Below the pieces are notes generated by a model. It was not told where the DNA came from. It made no database searches and worked only from the letters and a program-made list of their open reading frames with translations. A stretch of 64,000 nucleotides of DNA from an uncultured virus (IMG/VR IMGVR_UViG_3300049982_000206) (taxonomy: Duplodnaviria; Heunggongvirae; Uroviricota; Caudoviricetes), in IMG/VR virus record IMGVR_UViG_3300049982_000206; one strand, 5' to 3'. Positions 27,125-36,753 of this stretch are shown in pieces (position 1 is the stretch's first letter; each line of letters opens with the position of its first letter). Both the position numbers and the translations under genes were made by a program.

Positions 27125-27912
27125 GCACCTTCGCCGAAGACTTCCAACGCCGCCTGCGCGCCGTACTGGCAGAGAAGGCCGGCCGCGAGATCCCGCCCGA
27201 GATCGAGGTCCGCGTCGAGGTCGATTCGTCCGGCAGCGACGACGACTCCCGCGGCGTCGACCGCTACCTGCGACTGGAGACCGTCGTACCGCCCGACGCC
27301 GAAAAGCGCTGGTGGAAGACCGTGGGCGCACGGTACGAGTACGACGAACCAGGCGCGTTCGCCCGGCTGATCGCCGATCTCGACGCGGTCGGCATGCCGC
27401 GCTCTGGTGAGGCGAAGACCGCTCTCGACGTAGTTGGGCCGCTGTCCGGCTACGAGTCCAGCCTGCTCCGGAGGATCTACGTTGAAGGCCCGCAGCGGTC
27501 CAGCGGTGACGCCGAGATCAGTCGCCTGCAGTCGCGTCTTGCTGAGCGTGGGCTCATCTTCCTGTCGTCCGAGCAGACCTGGCGTCTCACCGCGCTCGGG
27601 CGTGACGCCGCGGCCGAGATCGTGAGCGCTCCGCCGGCGGAGTCACCGCGGATCACACTCGTTCGTGTCGAGAAGCACGGCGCTCCCCCGAGTAGCAGCA
27701 TGACACTCTGGTCCGGGTGGGACGAACTTGGTGCCTGCTACCGCCTCCAGTTCGCGAACGGCATCGGCGTCGTCAGAGCCGCTGTCGGCAGCCGCCCCTG
27801 GCCCGAGCTGCGCCGGTTCCAGCAGGGCACGTCCAACCGCATCACGCTCGAAGCATTCGCGGTGTTCGCCGGTATCGACATCTCGCAGGTCCCTGAGAAG
27901 GACTACCGATGA
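27121..27912 (+). CDS. hypothetical multi-domain protein
   Basis: C-domain paralogous to next ORF. Confidence 0.7.
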   Translation: MSTFAEDFQRRLRAVLAEKAGREIPPEIEVRVEVDSSGSDDDSRGVDRYLRLETVVPPDAEKRWWKTVGARYEYDEPGAFARLIADLDAVGMPRSGEAKTALDVVGPLSGYESSLLRRIYVEGPQRSSGDAEISRLQSRLAERGLIFLSSEQTWRLTALGRDAAAEIVSAPPAESPRITLVRVEKHGAPPSSSMTLWSGWDELGACYRLQFANGIGVVRAAVGSRPWPELRRFQQGTSNRITLEAFAVFAGIDISQVPEKDYR

Positions 27913-28349
27913 GAGTCCGTCTTGGGATCGCTGGTGGAGCCGTGGGGCTCGGCTACTGCATTCGTTCGATTGCCTCGGGCGCCTACGTCGTTGCGCCTCT
28001 GGCCCTCGTTCTTCTCGTCTTGCTCGTGCTGCTGATCCGGAGCACTCCCGTCACGTGGCTGCGGCACGAGCGAACCATGCTGCGTCTCGTGCGGGTTGAG
28101 CAGATCACGCCCGCTGCGCCGTCACAGTGGTGGGCATGGGATGCCGACGGCAACAAGTACTACCTCCGCTACCGATTCGGCAAAGGCGCCATCACGCTGT
28201 TAGTGCACGGCGGCGACTTGATGTACGAGGACCCCGTGATCCGCCGTTTCCGGCATGGCGACGGGATGGACAGCTACATCACGATCGATGAATTCGCGGC
28301 GCTCGCAAAGGTCGACGTATCTCAGATCTCCGAGGAGCAGAGCCGATGA
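27909..28349 (+). CDS. membrane-anchored hypothetical protein
   Basis: N-terminal TM; 'PSQW.AWD..G..YYLRYRFG.G'. Confidence 0.7.
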   Translation: MRVRLGIAGGAVGLGYCIRSIASGAYVVAPLALVLLVLLVLLIRSTPVTWLRHERTMLRLVRVEQITPAAPSQWWAWDADGNKYYLRYRFGKGAITLLVHGGDLMYEDPVIRRFRHGDGMDSYITIDEFAALAKVDVSQISEEQSR

Positions 28350-28585
28350 GCCGCCTCGTGCTCCGGGTGGTCACCACAGTGGTGGTCGCGGCCGTCGCGC
28401 TGACGGTCGGGTTCATGACCCGGCCCCTGGTCGACAGCCTCATTCAGTTGCTGAGCACGTTTCTTGGCAGCAGGGAGAGCGCCTGGCGGCTCCTGGTAGC
28501 CGGTGTGGCGTGCGTGATCCTGGCGCTGTGGCGCTGGACCGTCCACCTCGACCGGCAGTCCCGGTCGAGGTGGAGGTTCCCGTGA
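28346..28585 (+). CDS. two-TM protein
   Basis: ATGA overlap. Confidence 0.6.
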   Translation: MSRLVLRVVTTVVVAAVALTVGFMTRPLVDSLIQLLSTFLGSRESAWRLLVAGVACVILALWRWTVHLDRQSRSRWRFP

Positions 28586-28854
28586 GCATGTGGAAGACGC
28601 TGCACTACGTGCCGAAGGAAGGCATCGACCTCCGGGTGATCGAGACGACTGCGGTCCTGGCTGGCTGGGCCGCACGCGAAACCGGTACGACGGGGGTGGA
28701 GCAGGCGGATGCGATTGCGAAGGGCGCGGTAGTCGGCGTGCTCAAGCTTCTGGACGACTGGGAAGCGGAGAACACCCAGACCGGCTGGCCCGACCGGGAA
28801 CGCGACTACCCCGGCATCACCCACATCCCGATCCCGAAAGCAGCGAACACATGA
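28582..28854 (+). CDS. hypothetical protein
   Basis: GGAGG RBS. Confidence 0.6.
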   Translation: MSMWKTLHYVPKEGIDLRVIETTAVLAGWAARETGTTGVEQADAIAKGAVVGVLKLLDDWEAENTQTGWPDRERDYPGITHIPIPKAANT

Positions 28855-29363
28855 GCGACGACCTACACAGCATCCTGAGAGACGGTGTCACCCGCACCGT
28901 TGAGCGCCTGCTGTACGCCGAGCACGGCAACGATGCTGTCGTACAGCGGCGGATCAGCGCCAGGTTCGGCGACATGACCCACTCGCAGCCCGCCAACTAC
29001 ACCGACGGAATTGCCGCGGCGATGAGGGTCCGGAACTATGCCCGCGGCTTGATCGCCGAGTACGCCGGTAAAGCTCGTGGCGACGGCGTCCCGTGGCGCG
29101 ATCTCGCGCCGGTGCTCGACCTGGACCTCGACGAGTACGACGACGCGGGCATCTGCGCGTTTAAGGCCATCGCACCCCGCCCCTCTCAGCCGTTCGACCA
29201 GGTCTATACGACGTGGACCTGTGCCTCGTGCGACCAGTTCATCACCGACTACGGCCCGTACGACGGAGACCCGACCGAGGAAGAGAAGGGTCACGCCGAC
29301 ACCTGCGCGCGTTACAACGCCGAGGTCGCAGCCGTCCGGGCCCGATGGGAGAATGACGAATGA
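28851..29363 (+). CDS. hypothetical protein (HTH + CxxC..HxxxC)
   Basis: 'AR.DG..W..LA..L', 'W.C..C...ITD.GPY..P...E.GH...C'. Confidence 0.7.
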   Translation: MSDDLHSILRDGVTRTVERLLYAEHGNDAVVQRRISARFGDMTHSQPANYTDGIAAAMRVRNYARGLIAEYAGKARGDGVPWRDLAPVLDLDLDEYDDAGICAFKAIAPRPSQPFDQVYTTWTCASCDQFITDYGPYDGDPTEEEKGHADTCARYNAEVAAVRARWENDE

Positions 29364-29584
29364 GCGAACTGCCGACCTACACCGAGATCGCCGACAACGC
29401 GTACGAGGCACTGCACCAGTCCCGGAAAGGACTCAGCGATGCCCGCGACTGGCTGAACTCTGACTGGCGCGACGTCGGTCCGATCGTCCCGGCGAAGAAG
29501 GCCGAGGCCGCACGCCTGATTGCCGAGGCGAAAGCCGCGATCGACAAGGCGAAAAACGCCGTCGCAGAAAGCGCCGGCCGATGA
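29360..29584 (+). CDS. hypothetical protein
   Basis: ATGA overlap. Confidence 0.65.
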   Translation: MSELPTYTEIADNAYEALHQSRKGLSDARDWLNSDWRDVGPIVPAKKAEAARLIAEAKAAIDKAKNAVAESAGR

Positions 29585-30084
29585 CCGACCACGATGCTCT
29601 GAGCAACCTTCTCCGCGCGGCTGGTGCTGGCGGCCCGATGGGTGCACTCACGACCGCCATGGAACTCCCCCAACTGCTTGGTGACCTCAGCGATCACCTG
29701 GACGTCTACGACGGCGACCCCGAGATGGCCATCGGCGAAGGACTCGGGCTGACCGTCTGGACCGAGGCGAGCGGCGAGGCGCGGTCCGCGCTGCTGCTCT
29801 CACTTGCCTGGACATCCCGCGCCGGCGCTCTCCCCAAGCCGCCGCCGTCCACGGCCGATCCCGAATACTTCCACGGCTACGGGTACGCCGCCGAGTTCCA
29901 CCGATATGCCCGCGAAGAAACGGACTCCGAGAAGTTCCACGGCAAGGGCTACCCGGCCATGCCGCTGCCCGGTTCGGCGGGTGCTCTCGCATCGAGCTGC
30001 GGGTTCGATGCCGATGACATCGAGATCACGTACATCACGGCGCTCCTACTGCTCGCTGCTACCCGGCAGGCCTACGCGCGATGA
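29581..30084 (+). CDS. hypothetical protein
   Basis: ATGA overlap. Confidence 0.65.
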   Translation: MTDHDALSNLLRAAGAGGPMGALTTAMELPQLLGDLSDHLDVYDGDPEMAIGEGLGLTVWTEASGEARSALLLSLAWTSRAGALPKPPPSTADPEYFHGYGYAAEFHRYAREETDSEKFHGKGYPAMPLPGSAGALASSCGFDADDIEITYITALLLLAATRQAYAR

Positions 30085-30728
30085 GCATCCTCGACGTCGT
30101 ACGCGACCTGTTCTCGGGCATCGACCGCATGAGCCAAGAAGACGCTGACCTCTGGTGGGAAGCCCGCACGCTCAAGGACCTCGGCGAGCGAGTAGCGCTG
30201 TGGCTCGAATTCGCGATCGACTCCCAGCCTGGGTACGCCTCGAACTGCCACCCCGACGAGGAGACCTGGGACCTGGTGCCGGTACTGGCCGCAGCTAACC
30301 GGGCCGGTTTCGTCACGCACGGCTCGCAGCCCGGAACGCGTCCTGAGATCGGGTACGACGGCGCCGTGTGGGAGCAGCGTGCCGCTGTTGATGGGTTCGC
30401 CAATGCCGTACTGGCGCAGCGAATTCACGACGTCTGCGCGTCGGCCGGCCTCATCGTTCACATGTACCCATCCGCCGGTCGCCGAGGCGAGAAAGCCGTC
30501 CCGGTCACCATCCGGAACGGCTGCAGGTACACCGGCTTCGGGCACCGTCTACCGCGTCGCCTGATCCGCTTCCTCTACCGCGCCAACTGCAACGACGACG
30601 CAGTAGACGCGCTCCTGAACGCTCACCAGGTCACCGTGATCGACCCCGAGTGGGGACGCGACGACTACCTGTGGGTCCACCTCGCCGAAGCCATCACCTG
30701 GAAGGATGATCACCATGACCCCCACTGA
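30081..30728 (+). CDS. DUF6919-like protein
   Basis: 'W..A..L.DLG..A.WLE..DEET..LVP.LA..NRAG..T..SQPG..QRAAV.GF..DPEWGR'. Confidence 0.65.
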   Translation: MSILDVVRDLFSGIDRMSQEDADLWWEARTLKDLGERVALWLEFAIDSQPGYASNCHPDEETWDLVPVLAAANRAGFVTHGSQPGTRPEIGYDGAVWEQRAAVDGFANAVLAQRIHDVCASAGLIVHMYPSAGRRGEKAVPVTIRNGCRYTGFGHRLPRRLIRFLYRANCNDDAVDALLNAHQVTVIDPEWGRDDYLWVHLAEAITWKDDHHDPH

Positions 30729-31104
30729 CCCCGACACCAACCAGGCTGAGAAGCCGCAGGAGATGCGGATCGGGAACACCCTCTACCGCCCGGTGCTCTC
30801 GGCCGGCGTCTGGGTTCTGAAGGACGAGTTCTTCGAGCCGCCGCCCGGAGACCCCAACGGCGACTGGAGACTCCGCAGCACCCTGCTTGCGAAAGGGCAT
30901 CAGCAGCAGCACCTGGACGGCTGGCAGTACACGCGGACGTCAGGGCTGACCGACGAAGGGTTCGACCCCGACGCGACCCCTAGCGGCGACGGCTGGGAGG
31001 TCAACCCGTACTGCGGAGCGGGCGGACACGAATCTGACCGTGACGGCAAGGGCCGCGCCCGTCTGGCGACGTACTGGCGCCGCCGAGTTGGGCGCCCGTA
31101 CTGA
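30715..31104 (+). CDS. hypothetical protein
   Basis: AAGGA RBS. Confidence 0.6.
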   Translation: MTPTDPDTNQAEKPQEMRIGNTLYRPVLSAGVWVLKDEFFEPPPGDPNGDWRLRSTLLAKGHQQQHLDGWQYTRTSGLTDEGFDPDATPSGDGWEVNPYCGAGGHESDRDGKGRARLATYWRRRVGRPY

Positions 31105-31159
31105 CACACCGTAGTAAGCGGGTATACGATCGCCGTACCGTCCGGGAAGAGCACCCCGG
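31101..31159 (+). promoter_or_regulatory. class I unit
   Basis: CTGACA-18-TACGAT with TAAGCGGGTA; CCGGG-AAGAGCAC-CCCGG. Confidence 0.8.
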
Positions 31160-31179
31160 CAGAACAGGAGACCATCGCC

Positions 31180-31644
31180 ATGAGCGACACCACCCCCGAA
31201 CACCTCGCGGTCACCACGAGCGACCGCGGCTTCCAGTACCTCCCGGCGCTTCCCGGCGCGCGTGGAGGCAGCGTGGAGGTCTACGAGTCGTCGGCCGCCG
31301 ACGGGCCCCACGTCTGGCTCAAGGCCACCGAGACGCCGCTGCACCTCAGCGCGGAGACCGCCGTCAAACTGGCCGAGCAGCTCGTCATGCTCGTGCAGAG
31401 CCACTACCAGGGGCCCATCGACGTCGCCCAGCTCCTTCAGGTCGACATCTCGCTCGACGAAGCCGCCGTCATCCTGAACAGCAGCACCGAGCGCGTCATC
31501 GAACTCCTCACCGCCGAGGCATTCGGCTACATCGGCCGCCGCGTGGTGCTGTCCTCGCTCCTGGAGCACAAGCGCCTCGTCGACGCCAAGCGCGCCGAGG
31601 CCGCCGACGAGCTGACCATCCTCGCCCAGGACGACCAGCAGTGA
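31180..31644 (+). CDS. hypothetical protein with excisionase-like HTH C-terminus
   Basis: 'SLDEAAVILNSS...V..LL...R.V....LL'. Confidence 0.7.
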   Translation: MSDTTPEHLAVTTSDRGFQYLPALPGARGGSVEVYESSAADGPHVWLKATETPLHLSAETAVKLAEQLVMLVQSHYQGPIDVAQLLQVDISLDEAAVILNSSTERVIELLTAEAFGYIGRRVVLSSLLEHKRLVDAKRAEAADELTILAQDDQQ

Positions 31645-31982
31645 CCGCCGAGCACCCGCCCCACCTGCAGGCCGTCATGGGCCCTGACGGCATGCTCCGG
31701 CTCCCCCGCCTCCGCGGCGTACCGTCCGGCAAGATCGCCGTGTACGAGATGAGCGCCGTACCGAACCACTGCCTGGTGGTGGAGATCGAGGCGTTCGAGG
31801 ACGCGATGGACCCGCAGTCGGAGAAGGTCACCGTCGGCATCGGTCTGCGTGCGGACGTCGCGCTCAAGGTTGCCGAGCAGATCTTCGCCCTGGCCGGCCG
31901 CCCGATCCCCCAGGACGCGGCCTGCGAGCAGTGCGATGGCACCCAGACGCAGCACGAATCCTGGTGCACGAGAGGCCGCTGA
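31641..31982 (+). CDS. hypothetical protein
   Basis: GTGA overlap; 'VYEMSA' echoes 'VYESSA' of upstream ORF. Confidence 0.65.
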   Translation: MTAEHPPHLQAVMGPDGMLRLPRLRGVPSGKIAVYEMSAVPNHCLVVEIEAFEDAMDPQSEKVTVGIGLRADVALKVAEQIFALAGRPIPQDAACEQCDGTQTQHESWCTRGR

Positions 31983-32341
31983 TGAGCACCAAGCCGACCG
32001 CCGCCCAGCTGGCTCGGCAGGTCGACGCCTGGACCGGGCCGATGTCGGAAGAGGTCCGATTCCTCAAGGTGCGCAACGGTCAAGTCCACGTCCAGGCATT
32101 TGATCCGGATGGCGCCGAAGGGGAACCTGTCACCTCCGAAGCCCTAACGGACCTTCTCGTCGGCGCGGTGTGGACTCGCTGTGGCATCGAACTGCGGAAG
32201 AACCGCGGCGGCCTGGAGCACGCCGCCTGGCCAACGCTCCGCTTCCCCGATGCCGAACTGTGCCAACGCTGTGTCCGCTCGGTCCCCGGGGCCGAGCAGT
32301 GGCGACTCTTCGAGCACCCGCAAGGCGCTGAGGCCGAATGA
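31982..32341 (+). CDS. hypothetical zinc-finger protein
   Basis: H..CG..CxxC. Confidence 0.65.
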   Translation: MSTKPTAAQLARQVDAWTGPMSEEVRFLKVRNGQVHVQAFDPDGAEGEPVTSEALTDLLVGAVWTRCGIELRKNRGGLEHAAWPTLRFPDAELCQRCVRSVPGAEQWRLFEHPQGAEAE

Positions 32342-32820
32342 GCGCCCTCGAACAGTTGGCGCTCTTCTCCGACGAGGCGTTCGAGACCGAGCCAATGGTG
32401 ACCCTCAACGTCAGTCTCAGCCACACGCGTCGCGAGCCTCGATCGACGTACGTGCTGCCCACCGGTGAATGCCCGCTCGAAAACTCCTGGTACGTCGACT
32501 GTGCCACGGCGAAGCACTACTCGGTCCGGCTCATCGAGCACGGCCCATTCATCTCCAGCACCCAGCCGTGCCAGTGGGGACCGCACAGCTTCTGCCGCGA
32601 CGGCGACCACCGCAAGTGCCCATTCAATCCGGGCGGGAGTAGCCACGAGGTGAAGCGGTGGGCGGTCAGTGGAGACACCCTCGAACACCGCGACGAGAAC
32701 GGCTGGTGGCGCACGGTCCACGACGAGCAGGGCCGGTCGATGCTGATCCTGCCTATCCACGTCTGGCGCTGCACGTGCTCCTGCCACATCGACCTCCTCG
32801 CCGCAGACGAGGAGGGCTGA
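32338..32820 (+). CDS. Cys/His-rich protein (paralog of 21242)
   Basis: CQWGPHSFCRDGDHRKC...HVWRCTCSCH. Confidence 0.7.
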   Translation: MSALEQLALFSDEAFETEPMVTLNVSLSHTRREPRSTYVLPTGECPLENSWYVDCATAKHYSVRLIEHGPFISSTQPCQWGPHSFCRDGDHRKCPFNPGGSSHEVKRWAVSGDTLEHRDENGWWRTVHDEQGRSMLILPIHVWRCTCSCHIDLLAADEEG

Positions 32821-32823
32821 CCA

Positions 32824-33159
32824 GTGGAGACCGCCGTACAACTCGACCTGTTCGACTTCCTCGACGCCGATCTCACCCCGGCCGAGCGACAGCAAGCCGA
32901 CTGGGAAGCCTGGCTGCAGGATTCCGCCGGCCACTGGCGCTGCCCCGCTTGCGGCGACCACGAAGACACCCCACAAGCCATGCATGACCGCCACGGCTGG
33001 ACGATCGACCTGACTACGATTGGGCACCCGTTCTTCTACTCGTGGCCCGGCCAGTACGAGGAAGGCGGCTGGTCCGGCAACGGTGGCCGCTGCCGCAAGC
33101 TGCGCATGCAGTGGCTCGCCGACCAGATGCCCAGCCGCCGAGAGGACTACCTGACATGA
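32824..33159 (+). CDS. hypothetical protein
   Basis: GGAGG RBS; N-terminal QLDLF. Confidence 0.65.
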   Translation: METAVQLDLFDFLDADLTPAERQQADWEAWLQDSAGHWRCPACGDHEDTPQAMHDRHGWTIDLTTIGHPFFYSWPGQYEEGGWSGNGGRCRKLRMQWLADQMPSRREDYLT

Positions 33160-33368
33160 GCACTCCCGAATACCGAATCGAGTTCACCATCCAGCGTGCC
33201 GAGAAGTTCGGCGGCGAGTATGTCGATGTCGGGTTCGGCTCGTCTGGCGGCTGCGAGTCGCCCGCGGCTGCTGCGTACGAGGTGAACTCCATGGTGCAGA
33301 ACGGTCTGTGGGAGACCGAGGCGGGGATGCCCGATCCGGGCACGATCGAGAAGCCGGGGCCGAACTGA
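33156..33368 (+). CDS. hypothetical protein
   Basis: ATGA overlap. Confidence 0.6.
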   Translation: MSTPEYRIEFTIQRAEKFGGEYVDVGFGSSGGCESPAAAAYEVNSMVQNGLWETEAGMPDPGTIEKPGPN

Positions 33369-33418
33369 TGGGCACCGAGGTCTACAAGGAACCTGGTCGA
33401 ACCGTTCGAGGAGGACTG

Positions 33419-33736
33419 ATGACGACTGGCGAATGGCAAGACGAGTTGGAACCGTTCATTGCCGAGCAGAAGAAGGACCCGGTGGTCGGGCTCGCGTTCA
33501 TCCAGGAAGAGGTCCGCGACGACATCGTCGCAGCGCTGTACCTCCGGCGCCGCGACCTCGGACTTACCCAGGCTGACATCGCGGAAGCGATCGGCGTAAC
33601 TCAGGCGACCGTCTCCGAGTTCGAGTCCGGCCGAACCGATCCCCGCCTGTCGACACTGGTCCGCTACGCGGCTGCGGTGAAGGCAACGCTTGAGATCGTC
33701 ATGACGCCGGACTCCGAGAGCGAGGCCGCCCAGTGA
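33419..33736 (+). CDS. XRE/Cro-family HTH regulator
   Basis: 'RRDLGLTQADIAEAIGVTQATVSEFESGRTDPRLSTL'. Confidence 0.88.
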   Translation: MTTGEWQDELEPFIAEQKKDPVVGLAFIQEEVRDDIVAALYLRRRDLGLTQADIAEAIGVTQATVSEFESGRTDPRLSTLVRYAAAVKATLEIVMTPDSESEAAQ

Positions 33737-34308
33737 GCAGCAACCCGATGCCGGACCTTCAGACAGCCCGAGGCATGGTCGAGAAGGCCGACAGGCGGCT
33801 CTACGCGCACCTGACCACGGGCCCAGTCCTGGACGACGCTGCGAGACTCCTACTCGCCTGGTGGACGACGGCTGCTGAGCAGGGCATCGACCTGGCCGGC
33901 TACCGAGGAAGCGAGTGGGCGCACTCGCTCGCGGAGACCGCCCGCGACATGGCATCCCAGCAGGTGCCGAAACTGGCTGAGGACGAGGTGACGCCCGAAA
34001 GCGCCGCGATCCTGCTGGAGGCGGTCGCCGAGCGGCTCAACGCCCGCGGCATCCGCGCCAAGCGGGAGGGCTACTGCGTGCCGCTTCCGGTGAACGGCGA
34101 TACGCCGCGCTGGGGCCGAGACGGCACCGCCCCGCTCGCGATCACCTTCACGATCGACCGCGGCTGGACCCTCGTCCTTGACCAGTCACATGGCTCACGC
34201 GTCTTCACCATTGTCGGTGCATGCAACGAGGATGGAATCGACGCAATGCTCGACCTCGCCGTGCAGATCAACAACGGTGCTTTCGGCAACGTGTTCGCGG
34301 ACAGATAG
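33733..34308 (+). CDS. hypothetical protein
   Basis: GTGA overlap. Confidence 0.65.
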   Translation: MSSNPMPDLQTARGMVEKADRRLYAHLTTGPVLDDAARLLLAWWTTAAEQGIDLAGYRGSEWAHSLAETARDMASQQVPKLAEDEVTPESAAILLEAVAERLNARGIRAKREGYCVPLPVNGDTPRWGRDGTAPLAITFTIDRGWTLVLDQSHGSRVFTIVGACNEDGIDAMLDLAVQINNGAFGNVFADR

Positions 34309-34340
34309 AGCAAGCATCTGACCGCCCCAACCTCGGTTGA

Positions 34341-34613
34341 TCATCCGCGAGCGCGTTGTCGGGTGCGCTCTGACGGCCAGGCGTCGACGACTTCGAGCCA
34401 CGACTCGTGGAACCAGTCGCTGACCGCCTTCCGCTTGCGGTGGTCCGGGATGTATTCGACGCGCGCGGACCATTCCAGGCTCGGCAGTTGGCGCCACTCG
34501 ATGATCAACCCCGGCCACGGACCTCTGGCATCGCTGCTGCGGAGGACCCAGCAGAACCGCTGTGTAAGGTCTGGGCCACCGTGGTTGCCGGGGTAGCGCT
34601 TGTTCTCGCCCAT
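34341..34613 (-). CDS. hypothetical protein (lone antisense gene)
   Basis: fills the gap; 'CWV..WPGLI.EWR..W.ARV.Y..W'. Confidence 0.6.
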   Translation of the reverse strand: MGENKRYPGNHGGPDLTQRFCWVLRSSDARGPWPGLIIEWRQLPSLEWSARVEYIPDHRKRKAVSDWFHESWLEVVDAWPSERTRQRARG

Positions 34614-34643
34614 GGCCAGCCAGCCTAGGACGCGGCTCCGACG

Positions 34644-34701
34644 TTGCCGAGTCCGCTAAGCGGGTATACGCTGATCGGTGAGTGGCTGATGAGCAGCAGC
34701 C
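34644..34701 (+). promoter_or_regulatory. class I unit
   Basis: TTGCCG-17-TACGCT; GGCTG-ATGAGCAG-CAGCC. Confidence 0.85.
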
Positions 34702-34718
34702 CAGACAGGAGACCACCA

Positions 34719-35372
34719 ATGGACCACCCGCCAATCGACGCGGACTTCTTTGCCAACATCAACCAGCTGATCGACCCCGACCAGCCGCCGATCAAGCAGG
34801 CGTACCGGAAGATCGCCGACGAGCCGATCACCGGCTACTACCAGGACCGCAGCGGCGCCGTCCACGTCCAGGACTACAACGACATCCCCTACCTCTCGAT
34901 CGTCGAAGACCGGATGCCGAACGTGCGCGCCAGCGCGGTCGTGACAGGCTCCGTGGGCGCCCGGCAGGTCGAGGTCATCGGCGCCGAGCAGATCGTCATC
35001 GAGTGGCGCCGCGAGATCCCCGCCCCTGCACCCGCGCACCCGCGGCGCAAGCCGTTCGCGGACCGCAAGGTTGAGACCTCGTTCCTGCTGGCCGCTCCCC
35101 CGTCGTACGAGGGCATGCCGGTCGTGACCTCGGTCTACATCCCGCACGACTTCGGCAAAGAGCCGGCGCACCTGTTCGTCTACTACGCGGGCCCCAAGAT
35201 CCACTGGGGCCCCGAGGCGATCGGCGGCAGAGAGAAGTTGTTCGGCCTCGCGTACGTCCAGTACGACGACGCCAACGAGAGCATGGACTACACCAAGATG
35301 CGACAGCGGCTGACGTACGCCGAGGCGCTGGCCCTGTTCGTCGAGACCCTGAGCGAAGGTCTCGCGACCTAG
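34719..35372 (+). CDS. hypothetical protein
   Basis: AGGAG RBS. Confidence 0.75.
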   Translation: MDHPPIDADFFANINQLIDPDQPPIKQAYRKIADEPITGYYQDRSGAVHVQDYNDIPYLSIVEDRMPNVRASAVVTGSVGARQVEVIGAEQIVIEWRREIPAPAPAHPRRKPFADRKVETSFLLAAPPSYEGMPVVTSVYIPHDFGKEPAHLFVYYAGPKIHWGPEAIGGREKLFGLAYVQYDDANESMDYTKMRQRLTYAEALALFVETLSEGLAT

Positions 35373-35391
35373 CCGTCCCCCCACCCCGGTC

Positions 35392-35424
35392 AAGGGCTCC
35401 CTGCGGAACGGGCAGGGAGCCCTT
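35392..35424 (+). terminator. hairpin after first gene
   Basis: AAGGGCTCCCTGC-N7-GCAGGGAGCCCTT. Confidence 0.7.
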
Positions 35425-35435
35425 CCTGTGTCCGC

Positions 35436-35469
35436 TCGACGCGACACAAGCGCCGGACGTGAGCAGGGT
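35436..35469 (+). promoter_or_regulatory. class II promoter, leaderless
   Basis: TCGACGCGACACAAG..CAGGGT-N7-ATG 35477 (1 nt shorter spacer). Confidence 0.65.
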
Positions 35470-35476
35470 GTCCCCC

Positions 35477-35695
35477 ATGACCCCTGAACGGCGTACCCCG
35501 CGCCGGGTGGTGCAGACGCACCCTGACGGCTCGCCGTGCTTCTGCGCTGGCCGAGTCCTGCCTGACAAGCGGTTTGTTCCCGGCCCACGCTGCCCCACCA
35601 GCAGGGAGCGCAACTGCGTGTGTGGCGTGCCTGGCCGCGATCCGGAGGCCTGCGATTTCCACCGTGTCCGGCCCGTTGCAGGACTGGCGAAATGA
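35477..35695 (+). CDS. small Cys-rich protein
   Basis: ATG at predicted TSS. Confidence 0.55.
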   Translation: MTPERRTPRRVVQTHPDGSPCFCAGRVLPDKRFVPGPRCPTSRERNCVCGVPGRDPEACDFHRVRPVAGLAK

Positions 35696-35709
35696 CCGGC
35701 TGCGCCACC

Positions 35710-35768
35710 TTGAGAAATGCGTTAAGCGTGTGTACGCTGACTATGTGAGTCGGAAGAGCAGCCGACTC
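35710..35768 (+). promoter_or_regulatory. class I unit
   Basis: TTGAGA-17-TACGCT; GAGTCGG-AAGAGCAG-CCGACTC. Confidence 0.9.
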
Positions 35769-35788
35769 GGACAGGAGAAACCGAACAC

Positions 35789-36151
35789 ATGATCATCACG
35801 GTCCCGGACACCACCCTCGACCCCGTCTTCCCGGCATACGAGGGCAAGCCCGAGGGAGCCTGGCGCAAGCTTCTCCCCAGCGTCTACGCCACCACCGACC
35901 CGACCCAGACGCTCGTGGTCACCGACACGAACAGTTTCCTCGTCCCGGCAGACTCAATCACCGTCCCGCCGGTCACCGACGAGGCGAAAGCCGCAACCGC
36001 CCGGAGCCTCTACGCCGTGATGTTCCCCGACGCGACGCCGGACCACTGGGGCCCGAAGGCGATCGCGTGGCTGGAGAGGCAGGCCGGACACCTCCTGGAC
36101 GGCATTGTTGCCGCCGACCTCGAAGCCACCACCGGTAACTCCGACCAGTGA
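35789..36151 (+). CDS. hypothetical protein
   Basis: AGGAG RBS. Confidence 0.75.
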   Translation: MIITVPDTTLDPVFPAYEGKPEGAWRKLLPSVYATTDPTQTLVVTDTNSFLVPADSITVPPVTDEAKAATARSLYAVMFPDATPDHWGPKAIAWLERQAGHLLDGIVAADLEATTGNSDQ

Positions 36152-36753
36152 TCTCCACCTCGAACGGCTCAGCCGCTGCCCACCTGACCGGGGCAGCGGC
36201 TGAGTCCGTTGCACACAAGACATCCCCGGAAGGGAACCGAGTGAAAACCCTCTACGAATGCGTGAAGAACCTCCCGGACGGCTACACCGGCAGCGGAGAC
36301 GCCTGGCAGATCGTCCTACACGGCCCGGCAGGTCGCGCGGTCATCACAAACGTCAGCCCGTCCGCTGAGGACTACGAGATCGAGACCTCGTTCCCGAACC
36401 GGCCGATCCGCCTCTACTACGGCAACCCGACCCCACAGGCCGCGCTCGACCAGGTCGTCGCGCTGAACACCGATGAACTCATCTCCCTCGGCAAACTGCC
36501 AGCCTCCGCACGCGGCAACCGCGAGAGCACGCTGATCGCGACCGAGCCGCGAAGCTGGACACGGTTCTGGCCTCCTGTCTGGAAGTTCGCGACGGTTGCC
36601 GTCTCGTGCGCCGTGATCGGTTGCTGGGTCGCAATTGGTGCACCTGAGCACCTCGGAGACCTGCCGCACTGGCTGCAGATCGCCTTCCCCTGCTGGGCTG
36701 TCGGGATGGTCGCCCTTGCTTTGTACTTGTACACGAGGGACAAGCGGCGATGA
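36148..36753 (+). CDS. membrane protein (C-terminal TMs)
   Basis: GTGA overlap; start may be 36241. Confidence 0.6.
   Translation: MISTSNGSAAAHLTGAAAESVAHKTSPEGNRVKTLYECVKNLPDGYTGSGDAWQIVLHGPAGRAVITNVSPSAEDYEIETSFPNRPIRLYYGNPTPQAALDQVVALNTDELISLGKLPASARGNRESTLIATEPRSWTRFWPPVWKFATVAVSCAVIGCWVAIGAPEHLGDLPHWLQIAFPCWAVGMVALALYLYTRDKRR

Noticed and set aside
33419..33736. XRE gene as immunity repressor or as antitoxin of a TA pair
   Set aside because: Mid-operon with no divergent promoter and no recognisable toxin neighbour; role cannot be assigned.
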